From a virus (lineage: Duplodnaviria > Caudoviricetes), in IMG/VR virus record IMGVR_UViG_3300035016_000041: a stretch of DNA of 29,411 bases. One strand, 5' to 3'. Both the position numbers and the translations under genes were made by a program. Shown here piece by piece: positions 16,672 through 24,726 of the stretch; the first letter of the stretch is position 1; each line of letters starts with the position of its first letter. The notes under the pieces were generated by a model. It was not told the DNA's origin. It worked only from the letters and a program-made list of their open reading frames with translations, and did no database searches.

Positions 16672-19446
16672 ATGCCCGTAGTTCCCTCCTCCCTTGTCGC
16701 CGTCGAGGATGCCGCCAACGCGCCCGAGCTCTGGGCGATGGGCTGGCTCTTCCACCACAACTGGATGACGCCGGTCGCCGTCTCGTCGGCCTGGCGCACC
16801 GATGCCCAAGTGGCGCCGACCGGGGTACCGCAACGGCGGGGTGCCGTCATCAAGCCGTACCGCAGCATCACGTTCAGCGCGGTCGCACTGACCGAGCAGG
16901 ACGTCGCGCTGCTGCAGTCGGCCATGCTTCGCACCGCGACCTCGGGAACGCTGGTCCCGCTGTTCTGCGATCCCACCTTCCTCGACAGCCGCGTCGTCTT
17001 CGGATGGTCGGCCTCCTCGGGCGGTGCCAACTGCGGTTCGTCGGGCAAGCGGACGAGCCCGCCGGTGCGGATCAACGTCAACGGAGAGAGCGACGTCACC
17101 TTTGTCGGCAGCAGCGACGGCATCGCCATGCTGATCGGCGAGGGCGACGCCGTCACGGAGTCCTACGTCGCGCCGGTCTACGACGAGGCGGACCCGGAGT
17201 CGCCAGTGTTGGTGACGCCCGGCCGGGTGACAGTGAACATCCCGGCCGATGCCATCATCTTCGGTCAGACCAACGGAGATCTCCGCACGCGCAGCGGGTG
17301 CTTCCAGCGGATCACGAACGGCACAAATACCTTCGACCTCGACCGATCGGCCGACGGCGTCACGGAAGCCAACGTTGGCGTCACGACCGCCGACATGGCC
17401 GGCTTCGACGTCCGGGCCTGGTCGACGCCGGTACCGGTGGCGGACCTGCAGTCGCGCGGGTGGGTCGGTGAGGACGGCGTTGCGCGGATGCGGCTGGTGC
17501 TGCTGGCGTCGGGCAGTTCCGGCGTCTCGGCGCAGATCGACTTCAGCGAGCTGCCCGTGCTGGCCTGCGAGACGGCCGACCGGCGATTCTTCGACGGTGG
17601 CCTGGTGGTGATCAGTGAGGACATGGACGGCATGCGGGCCCGGCGGTTCGAGGTCGCCCAGATCGACTTCATCGGCGACGGCTTCCTGGCGTTGAAGACG
17701 CCGCTGACGCAGTTCTTCGGCGTCGGCAGCCGGGTCATGCCGCTGATCGAGTGCGACGTCACGATCGAGGGGCAGCTGACGCCGCGGACCGACAACATCG
17801 TCGAGGCTACGCTGACCTTCCGCGAGCGCGTCGGCAAGTCGCAGCTGCCGTCGCTGGTCCAACCGGGGCTGGTCCCCGAGGGCTTCCCGAGCTACCAGGG
17901 CTACCCGATCCTGTACTCCGGGGCGTCCGGCCTGCAGCCCCACGTCGACTGGAGCCAGCCGCTGTCGGCGGGCGTCGTCCGCGAGTTGGTCTCGACGCCC
18001 GTTGGGCCGGACCAAGCCACGATCACCTATGGCGCGGTCCCGCGGCGAACGCACACCCGGCCGTACCTGTCGCGCGATCGCGCCCGCGCGTTCGACCTGC
18101 TGCGCCTTTTCGACTCGAGGGCGGGCGCCCTGTTCCCGTTCTTCGTCGTCGATCCCACCACGATCTTCACGGCCACCGCGATTGGCACCGGCACCGTGAC
18201 CGTCGTCGCCGCGGGCCCGTCGCGCGACTGGACGTACCGACGATACCTGGCCGTGCTGACGACCACCGGCGACCTCTACGTGCGCGAGGTGGCCAGCGTT
18301 GCCCGCGACGGTGTCGTCGACGTCGTCACGCTGCTGGACGTCATCCCGATGATGGCCCTCGCCCAGGTACTCCGGGTCACGTTGGCGCACCTGGTGCTGT
18401 CGCAGTCCGACGAGATCACCGAGCAGTGGACGACGGACCAGCACATGGTGTCGTCGCTGGCGGTCGTCGAGGCCGACGGCGAGAAGACGGTGTCGATCGA
18501 GGTCCCGGCCATCGGCCCGGGGACGACGCTGCCGCCGGCACCAGAACCCACCGGCGGTCCCGGTGCCAACCCGCCGCCCCCGGGCGACCCGGTCCCGTAC
18601 CGGCGCGCCCGCGACCTCTGCACCGGTGTACCGATCGACCTCTGGATTCCGGCCGACACCGCACCGGCCGCCCCGGAGTACGTCGGCGGGTTCGACCCGA
18701 CGAGCGGAAGGTGCTTCACGGTCGACCCCAACGACCCGACGACGCTGAACCCGCCCGGCGACGTGCCGGCGGGCTGGGAGCCGCTGCCGTCGGCAACCGA
18801 CCCGTTCGCCCAAGAGGTCTGCGGTTGCAAGTTCCGGCTCGCGACGCCGTGTGCCGGCGAGAGCGGGGCTGCGTTCTCGGTGCCGAGCGGTGCCGTGGCA
18901 GGCGGAAGCGTGATTAAGTACGCCGACACCTGCTATACCGTCTCGGAGCTGCAGTACGTCAATCCGCCGGCACCCATCGTCGAGAGCGGCTGGACTTCGT
19001 TCGCCGACTGCGACGCCTGCAATCCGCCCCCGGAGCCCGTCCCATGCATCTGCCCGGCCAGCGAACTCGCCGAAAGCTACACCATCAGCGGCGACTTCGT
19101 CGTCGATCACATTAACTACAGCGGCGACGAGCCGCTGGGCAGCTTCAGTATCGTCGTCACGCGGAACGGTACCAGTTGCAGCTACAACGGGTCGGGGGGT
19201 GATGCTTCCTGGGTGAACGGATCGACGGCCTGCACGGGTCCGACCCCAACATTGTCGCTCAGCCTGTTTCACGAGTGCGGACGATGGGTGGTCAGCGCGG
19301 GCATGGGTTGTAATCCGAATAACTGTGCGTCCTGCACCGGCACTGCGATCAAGACTGTGGGGCCGCTGCCGCCGGGCAACTACGCCGCGCCGTTCTCCGC
19401 TTCGGAATCACGGGTCGACCTGACCAACGTCGTGGTGAGCCGATGA
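16672..19446 (+). CDS. Distal-tail (Dit)-like protein with Pro-rich linker and Cys-rich C-terminal extension
   Basis: Directly after tape measure; two related units (HNWMTPV...WRTD...QRRG...PYR and VDWSQPL...PRR...FDSRAGALFPFF); 16 Cys in the last ~275 aa. Confidence 0.7.
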   Translation: MPVVPSSLVAVEDAANAPELWAMGWLFHHNWMTPVAVSSAWRTDAQVAPTGVPQRRGAVIKPYRSITFSAVALTEQDVALLQSAMLRTATSGTLVPLFCDPTFLDSRVVFGWSASSGGANCGSSGKRTSPPVRINVNGESDVTFVGSSDGIAMLIGEGDAVTESYVAPVYDEADPESPVLVTPGRVTVNIPADAIIFGQTNGDLRTRSGCFQRITNGTNTFDLDRSADGVTEANVGVTTADMAGFDVRAWSTPVPVADLQSRGWVGEDGVARMRLVLLASGSSGVSAQIDFSELPVLACETADRRFFDGGLVVISEDMDGMRARRFEVAQIDFIGDGFLALKTPLTQFFGVGSRVMPLIECDVTIEGQLTPRTDNIVEATLTFRERVGKSQLPSLVQPGLVPEGFPSYQGYPILYSGASGLQPHVDWSQPLSAGVVRELVSTPVGPDQATITYGAVPRRTHTRPYLSRDRARAFDLLRLFDSRAGALFPFFVVDPTTIFTATAIGTGTVTVVAAGPSRDWTYRRYLAVLTTTGDLYVREVASVARDGVVDVVTLLDVIPMMALAQVLRVTLAHLVLSQSDEITEQWTTDQHMVSSLAVVEADGEKTVSIEVPAIGPGTTLPPAPEPTGGPGANPPPPGDPVPYRRARDLCTGVPIDLWIPADTAPAAPEYVGGFDPTSGRCFTVDPNDPTTLNPPGDVPAGWEPLPSATDPFAQEVCGCKFRLATPCAGESGAAFSVPSGAVAGGSVIKYADTCYTVSELQYVNPPAPIVESGWTSFADCDACNPPPEPVPCICPASELAESYTISGDFVVDHINYSGDEPLGSFSIVVTRNGTSCSYNGSGGDASWVNGSTACTGPTPTLSLSLFHECGRWVVSAGMGCNPNNCASCTGTAIKTVGPLPPGNYAAPFSASESRVDLTNVVVSR

Positions 19447-19931
19447 ACGTCGTCAACTGCAAGCTGGCCGCCGTGACCGCCACCGGCATTGCCTGCGCCG
19501 GGCATCACCACGCCAAGCCGAGCCAGTGTCATTGCCTCACCATCTGCACCGTACGCCAGCGGATCGCCGAGCGGGATCCGCTGCATAATTGCGGCGGCCT
19601 TCCCGCGACGCGGACGGCACAGCCGGCAGCCCCTTGGTACGAGGGCATGTGGGCCGAGTTTCACGGCTACGAGCCGATCGGCGACGTCGCGGCCGACCAA
19701 GCGTGGTTCGATCGCTTCAGCGGACGCGTGGCCTGCGGTGAGTGCCGGGACCACTGGACGGCCCTGACCCGCGCGCACCCGCCGGATTGGGCACACTGGC
19801 ACGCCTACACGCACGCGCGGCACAACGATGTCAACCGACGCATCGGCCGCCCTGAGCTGCCTTACGCCGACGCCGCTGCCCGTTGGGGCTGGCACGACCT
19901 CGCCAAAGCCGAACCCGATCCGTCATCCTGA
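19443..19931 (+). CDS. ERV/ALR-family FAD-dependent sulfhydryl oxidase with Cys/His-rich N-terminal extension
   Basis: GMWAEFH (W-x3-H), ACGECRDHW (CxxC-x2-H), HNDVNRRIGRP (HNxVNxRLGKP) and a distal W in the family order; ATGA overlap with upstream gene; GGTGAG upstream. Confidence 0.82.
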   Translation: MNVVNCKLAAVTATGIACAGHHHAKPSQCHCLTICTVRQRIAERDPLHNCGGLPATRTAQPAAPWYEGMWAEFHGYEPIGDVAADQAWFDRFSGRVACGECRDHWTALTRAHPPDWAHWHAYTHARHNDVNRRIGRPELPYADAAARWGWHDLAKAEPDPSS

Positions 19932-19963
19932 GGTACTCCGAAGGATTCCTCCGAGAATTGACC

Positions 19964-20797
19964 ATGCCGAACCCGATCGACACCCGAAGCGCCAGCATCG
20001 TCGTCCAGCTCCTGACGTTCATCTGGGGCCCCGGACCGCAGGAGCAGCGATACGTTGGCATGGCCGACGACCTACCGATCCCCGACTACGGCAACTTCGC
20101 CAGCCTCACGAAGATGGAGATCACGCCCAAGGCGATCACCGGCGGCATCAGCGACGAGCCCTGGGATGTGCTGATGGCCGCGGTGCACCCGATCGACCGG
20201 GCCGCGCGCGAGCCGCACGCCACGATCACCTGCCGCGTCGAGGAGGTCGACCCGTTCGACCTGACCACGCGTCGGCTGCTCTGGAGCGGGTACGTCGAGA
20301 ACGTCACGACCAACCCCGATGGCCAGCCCGGCCTGGTCCGGTTCCAGATCCACGGCCAGAAGGCGAAGCTGCCGGTCGCGCTGGGCATCCTGATTAACCG
20401 ACACTGCCAGAACCCGTTCGGCGACGAGCAGGGCAGCCCGTGCAAGTTCCCGCTGGCGACGGTCCGGCAGACCGGCACGATCACCGCCATTGAAGGTAAC
20501 GAGGTCACCGTCGTCGGCGCAACGGCCGTGCCGGCGAAGGGCATGTGGCGCGAGGGCAGCGTCAGTTACGACGGGCTGGAGCTGAAGATCGAGGACGCCG
20601 TCGGCGGCGTCGACGAGTCCTACACCGTCTTCAAGCTCGAGTGCGATGCCCCAGCTAACTGGTTCAGCAAGGAAGTGGTCTGCACGCCGGGCTGCGACGG
20701 GCTGTTGACGACATGCCGCATCTACGAAAACGAACTGCGCTTCAATGGGCTCGGGATCCGCATGTCGAAGGTGGACCGGACGCGGTACATCAGCTGA
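19964..20797 (+). CDS. Tail-tip hub protein (DUF2163/BR0599-like)
   Basis: RHCQNPFGDEQGSPC and PGCDGLLTTCRIYENELRFNG four-Cys pattern; precedes NlpC/P60 as in RcGTA; start taken at ATG 19964. Confidence 0.85.
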   Translation: MPNPIDTRSASIVVQLLTFIWGPGPQEQRYVGMADDLPIPDYGNFASLTKMEITPKAITGGISDEPWDVLMAAVHPIDRAAREPHATITCRVEEVDPFDLTTRRLLWSGYVENVTTNPDGQPGLVRFQIHGQKAKLPVALGILINRHCQNPFGDEQGSPCKFPLATVRQTGTITAIEGNEVTVVGATAVPAKGMWREGSVSYDGLELKIEDAVGGVDESYTVFKLECDAPANWFSKEVVCTPGCDGLLTTCRIYENELRFNGLGIRMSKVDRTRYIS

Positions 20798-21210
20798 CGG
20801 CCGAGCTGCAGCGGTGGCTCGGCACCCCGTACGCCCAGGGCCAGAGCCGCCGCGGCGTCGCCTGTCATTGCTGGGGCTTCGTCGGCGGCGTCCTCGACGC
20901 CCTGTACCGGTTGTCGGGCCCGTTGCCGGCCGTGCCGTTCAACACCGGCCTGGATGACCGCCGGGCCGCGGTGGCGGTCGTCGGCATGCTCTGCCGGCGT
21001 TACCCGCACGTCGTCGCCCGCGATGGCCTGCTGTACCCCGGCGACGTGCTGGTCGCCCGCCGCGTCGCCGGGCCTGGCCACGTCTACATCGCCGGCAGCG
21101 GACAGTTATGGCACGCCGACCGCGCGACCGGCGTTACCCGCACCGCTCTGGCGGCGTCGCTGAACGTGATGCGCGTCTACCGACTTCAGGATAAGCACCT
21201 ATGGCAGTAA
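20713..21210 (+). CDS. NlpC/P60 tail-associated peptidase
   Basis: WLGTPY...GVACHCWGFV, PGDVL, GHVYI, WHA; start uncertain (overlaps hub gene). Confidence 0.85.
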   Translation: MPHLRKRTALQWARDPHVEGGPDAVHQLTAELQRWLGTPYAQGQSRRGVACHCWGFVGGVLDALYRLSGPLPAVPFNTGLDDRRAAVAVVGMLCRRYPHVVARDGLLYPGDVLVARRVAGPGHVYIAGSGQLWHADRATGVTRTALAASLNVMRVYRLQDKHLWQ

Positions 21211-23180
21211 CCGCACTTATCTACGGGGCGATCGCGGTCGGCGCGTCGGTCGCCGCCAGCCAGGTCCAGCGCAAGAACAAGGCCAAGGCCACGCTGCGCG
21301 ATGCCCCGACGACGACGAGCGTCGAGCCCGGGCAGTGGTTGCCACTGCTGATCGGCCGCCGGCGCCTCGGCTACAACCTCGGGTGGGCCGGCAAGCGGTT
21401 CAACAGCACCGACGGCGACGGCGACACCGACACGCTCGTCTACAAGGAGCACGGCTGGCACCAGATCTGCGTTGGCCCGGCCGACGTCCTGCACGGGATC
21501 TACCTCGGTACCAAGAACATCCTGCTCGACCCGCTGTCGCGCGAGACGCACCCGTCCGGCACTGAGGTCGGCCTGCGCGGCGGCGGCGCCTTCACGATCT
21601 ACTGGGGCGACGACGATCAACCGATCGACGCGTTCCTGTCGCAGCCCGACGTCCTCGGCATCGCCAGCCAGTGGCCGCGGGTCTGCCACGGCCGGTACCG
21701 CAGCTTCCCGCTCGGCACCAACGAGAGCGCGACGTGGCCGGCGGACCTCACGTACGACATCGAGTGCTACGGGACCGAACCGGTGATCCCCGGCGTCGAA
21801 CGGGTGATCGCGGAGACGAATGAGGTCACGGCCGACGGCGGCATCAACCCCGGCCACGCGATGTGGCAGGTCCTCACCGCGCCGTGGCCCAACGGGATCC
21901 ACATGGAGCCCGCCCTGATCGACGGCGGCGCGGTGATCGCGGTGGGCCTGCAGACGCAGAACGAACACCTGCCCAGCAACATCGTCGCGGCCGACGGCAT
22001 CGGCGCCGACGAGCTGATCAACTCGATGATGCTCGACTACGGCTTCATGCTGGTGCAGAACCGGGACCTGCTGACGCCCTACATGATCCGCCAGGCCGTC
22101 GGCGATCTACCGGCGCTGACGGCCGACATGATCGTCGCCAGCAAGGCCGAGCGCACCCGCGTGCACGGCGTCAGCGGCGTCGACCAAGTCGCCTACACGT
22201 TCCGGGACCGCAAGCGCAACTACGGTGAGAACTCGATCTCGCTGCGGAACGACCCCCGCGCGCGCAACCGCCGGCGGCAGAGCGTGACGAAGGTGGGCAT
22301 CGAGACGGTGACCGATGCTTCGACCGCCTTCAAGATCGCGGCCCGTCGTTCGCTGGAACGGATCGCGTCGACCGAGTACGACGGCGGGATCTTCCTGCGC
22401 GGGGCCCGCAACCTGTTGCCGGGCCAGGCGTACCTCGACGCCGAGGGCCGGCAGCAGCGGGCCAGCAAGGTCGAGTTGATGCCGCTGGCGTCGTCCGGCG
22501 CGAAGGTGACCGCGGTGCTGGACCAGTACACGTACGGACCGCCGAACTACGCGCCGACGTACGACGATGACGCCGCGTTGCCGGACAACGAGGCCGCGCC
22601 GGACCTGGCCGTGCTGGCGATGATCAACCAGATCGGCCGCGTGTGGGTCTTCCGCGTGCGGGCCAACCAGTCGGTGAGCGGCGCCTACATCTGGATCCGA
22701 CCCGGCGAGCTGCAGAGCTACGATCGCCACAGCCAGAACCAGCAGTGGCCGGCGGCGGGCGGGACGCTCAACAAGCCGCTCGACGGGTCCGATGCCATCG
22801 TCGAGGAAGGACCGACGATCACCGCGTTCCCCAACGGAGACATCCTGACAGTGCCGATCGACCTGACCGGGCAGGACTCGGCGTGGGAGGCCAACCGCCA
22901 GCTGCTGTGCTGCGAGGGCGAGCTGATGAGCTTGAGGAAGGTCACGGCCGTCAGCGGCGGCTGGCGGCTCGACGGCATCCGCCGCGGCGTGCTCGGGACC
23001 GACGTCGCCGCGCACCCGATCGGCGCGACTGTGTACATCATCCGGCAGCAGCTGCTGACCGACATCGCGTTGTCATCGAGCATCACGCTCAGCGAGGCGG
23101 TGCGGCTAAAGACGCAGCCGTACACGTCGTCGGCGCGGGTCGACCTGCAGGACGTCGAGAGCGTGGAGATCCTCCCATGA
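21201..23180 (+). CDS. Tail tip attachment protein (gpJ/megatron-like), main part
   Basis: PGQWLPLLIGRRRLGYNLGW, INPGH, YTFRDRKRNY, EGELM...WRLDGIRRGVLGT...HPIGA; after NlpC/P60. Confidence 0.8.
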   Translation: MAVTALIYGAIAVGASVAASQVQRKNKAKATLRDAPTTTSVEPGQWLPLLIGRRRLGYNLGWAGKRFNSTDGDGDTDTLVYKEHGWHQICVGPADVLHGIYLGTKNILLDPLSRETHPSGTEVGLRGGGAFTIYWGDDDQPIDAFLSQPDVLGIASQWPRVCHGRYRSFPLGTNESATWPADLTYDIECYGTEPVIPGVERVIAETNEVTADGGINPGHAMWQVLTAPWPNGIHMEPALIDGGAVIAVGLQTQNEHLPSNIVAADGIGADELINSMMLDYGFMLVQNRDLLTPYMIRQAVGDLPALTADMIVASKAERTRVHGVSGVDQVAYTFRDRKRNYGENSISLRNDPRARNRRRQSVTKVGIETVTDASTAFKIAARRSLERIASTEYDGGIFLRGARNLLPGQAYLDAEGRQQRASKVELMPLASSGAKVTAVLDQYTYGPPNYAPTYDDDAALPDNEAAPDLAVLAMINQIGRVWVFRVRANQSVSGAYIWIRPGELQSYDRHSQNQQWPAAGGTLNKPLDGSDAIVEEGPTITAFPNGDILTVPIDLTGQDSAWEANRQLLCCEGELMSLRKVTAVSGGWRLDGIRRGVLGTDVAAHPIGATVYIIRQQLLTDIALSSSITLSEAVRLKTQPYTSSARVDLQDVESVEILP

Positions 23181-23593
23181 GCATTCCCGGCAACACCCGC
23201 GATCGCCGCCCGCTGCGACCGGCGAACTTCCGCGCCAACGACGGGCAGTTCCGCGACACGTACGTCGCCGGCGGCGACGTCGTGTTTGCCTGGTCGTACC
23301 GGGTGAAGGACGGCCGGGGCAGGGCTGCAGGCGAGCAGCTGGCCGGCGTGCCGGTCGGCGAGGGCGTCCCGACCCGGCAGGGACGGTTTCGCGTGCGGGT
23401 CCTCGACGCCGACGGCGAGACGGTCCTGCGCACGATCTACGTCGACGACGACGCTGCCACCACCACGTACACGAACGCGCAGATTATTACCGATTTTATT
23501 TTCGAGCCGGCCGAGATCGTCGCGGAGCTGGTGAACCTCGACGGCACCTGGCAGTCCGAGGCGAGGCGGATCACGATCACGAAAAGGACCTAG
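23177..23593 (+). CDS. Separate ORF resembling the C-terminal domain of megatron/gpJ-like proteins
   Basis: RRPLRPANFR...GDVVFAWSYR...FRVRVLD..G.TVLRT...TYT pattern; ATGA overlap; GGAG 8 nt upstream. Confidence 0.7.
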   Translation: MSIPGNTRDRRPLRPANFRANDGQFRDTYVAGGDVVFAWSYRVKDGRGRAAGEQLAGVPVGEGVPTRQGRFRVRVLDADGETVLRTIYVDDDAATTTYTNAQIITDFIFEPAEIVAELVNLDGTWQSEARRITITKRT

Positions 23594-23595
23594 AC

Positions 23596-23865
23596 ATGCC
23601 CCAACCCACGACACCCACCATCCTGACCGTCGCCGCCGGCAGTGCCAACTGGCAGGCCGAGATCAACTCGAACTTCGCGGCGCTCCTCGCCCACCTGACC
23701 GGCGGACCTTTGCCGGTGAAGGTCTACACGATCGCCACGCTCCCGCCTGCGGCCGAGTGGCAGCAGTGCATAGCGTTCGTCTCTGATCCGGCAACGGACA
23801 AGGGCATGCTGGTCTACTGCGACGGCACCGACTGGCGGTACGTTTCGGACGCCACCACCCTCTAA
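23596..23865 (+). CDS. Small tail fibre/spike-like virion protein
   Basis: INSNFAAL...YTIATLP...IAFVSD...VYCDGTDWR pattern typical of short fibre proteins; AAGGA upstream; last gene of the tail operon. Confidence 0.6.
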   Translation: MPQPTTPTILTVAAGSANWQAEINSNFAALLAHLTGGPLPVKVYTIATLPPAAEWQQCIAFVSDPATDKGMLVYCDGTDWRYVSDATTL

Positions 23866-24296
23866 TCGGTTGTCGCCTGCTGCTGGGTCGTCGGTGACGG
23901 TCGCGTTGTAGTTGGGCGGTTCTCCACTGGACGATCCTGCGCGATCGCCCACCACACGATCGCTGCGGCCAAGCCCAAGCCCAGCATTGCTTTGGCGACT
24001 AGGCTTGCAACGTTCTGCCCTGTCGTTTCACGCTCACCGGGCGGCGGCGCGTATTCGTCTGGTGTGTACGCATGGCCACATCGCAGGCAGGTGACATCGA
24101 CCTTCCTGCTGTCCACCGCGCCAAGCAGTGCTCCGATCGTGCCTAGGGCAATCAGCCCTATGGGCCCAGCCGCACAGAAACCCACCGCACCTAAAATGAA
24201 CGCGCCCAACAGGCCAGCGAGGCACCCGTATCCTTTCCGGTGCGCGTTCACGTTCGTGGAGTCGCATTTCGGACATCGGATCTGATCGTCGAGCAT
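23862..24296 (-). CDS. Zinc-ribbon membrane protein (LITAF-like topology), accessory gene
   Basis: CPKC and CLRC flank a Gly-rich hydrophobic hairpin; second hydrophobic helix near C-terminus; AT-richer codons. Confidence 0.7.
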   Translation of the reverse strand: MLDDQIRCPKCDSTNVNAHRKGYGCLAGLLGAFILGAVGFCAAGPIGLIALGTIGALLGAVDSRKVDVTCLRCGHAYTPDEYAPPPGERETTGQNVASLVAKAMLGLGLAAAIVWWAIAQDRPVENRPTTTRPSPTTQQQATTD

Positions 24297-24395
24297 CGTC
24301 TACTCTATCGCCGCGCGTTCGGGGTCTAACATACGTGGACTCAGACGTCGTCAGGCTCTACCATCAGCTTAGCGGTGCGTGCTGCCTCGTCAATA

Positions 24396-24722
24396 TCACC
24401 TGCTGCGGGGACGCGCTGCCAGCGCCTTGTCGATCTTCGCCAGCGTCGCGCGGTTCGGCGTGTTCTTCCCGGTCATTAGCCGGTTGATCGTCTCCTTCGG
24501 TAACCCCGCCTGCCGCGCGAGTTCGGCTTGCGACCAACCCTTCGCCTCCATCCCCGCGGCGATCTTCCGCACCAGGGATGCGCGGGCATACTCCAAGGCC
24601 CGCACGTTCCCGGCATCGTCGGCCACGGGCAACGCCGGCAGCTCGCCCCCACTCAGCCTGCGGTACTCATCGGCGTCCAGCAGGTAGAACGTCTCGCCTT
24701 TGATGTTCAGTGTCTGGGGCAT
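24396..24722 (-). CDS. XRE-HTH antitoxin (HigA-like)
   Basis: GWSQAELARQAGLPKETINRLMTGKNTPNRATLAKIDKAL; directly downstream of RelE-like toxin; start taken at ATG 24722. Confidence 0.85.
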   Translation of the reverse strand: MPQTLNIKGETFYLLDADEYRRLSGGELPALPVADDAGNVRALEYARASLVRKIAAGMEAKGWSQAELARQAGLPKETINRLMTGKNTPNRATLAKIDKALAARPRSR

Positions 24723-24726
24723 CGCT

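Noticed and set aside
16663-19272. 869-aa minus-strand ORF
   Set aside because: Antisense shadow of the Dit-like gene; Arg/Gly-rich, no motifs. The same applies to the other long antisense ORFs over structural genes.
18600-19446. Diversity-generating retroelement target
   Set aside because: No reverse transcriptase and no template/variable repeat pair noticed in the window.
19443-19496. Lipoprotein signal peptide on the oxidase (…TGIAC)
   Set aside because: Hydrophobic stretch is short and the -3 residue is Gly rather than L/V/I; SignalP would settle it.
22643-23176. Upstream extension of the 23177 ORF
   Set aside because: Lies within the tip attachment gene in another frame; the protein-like part starts at ATG 23177 with its own GGAG.
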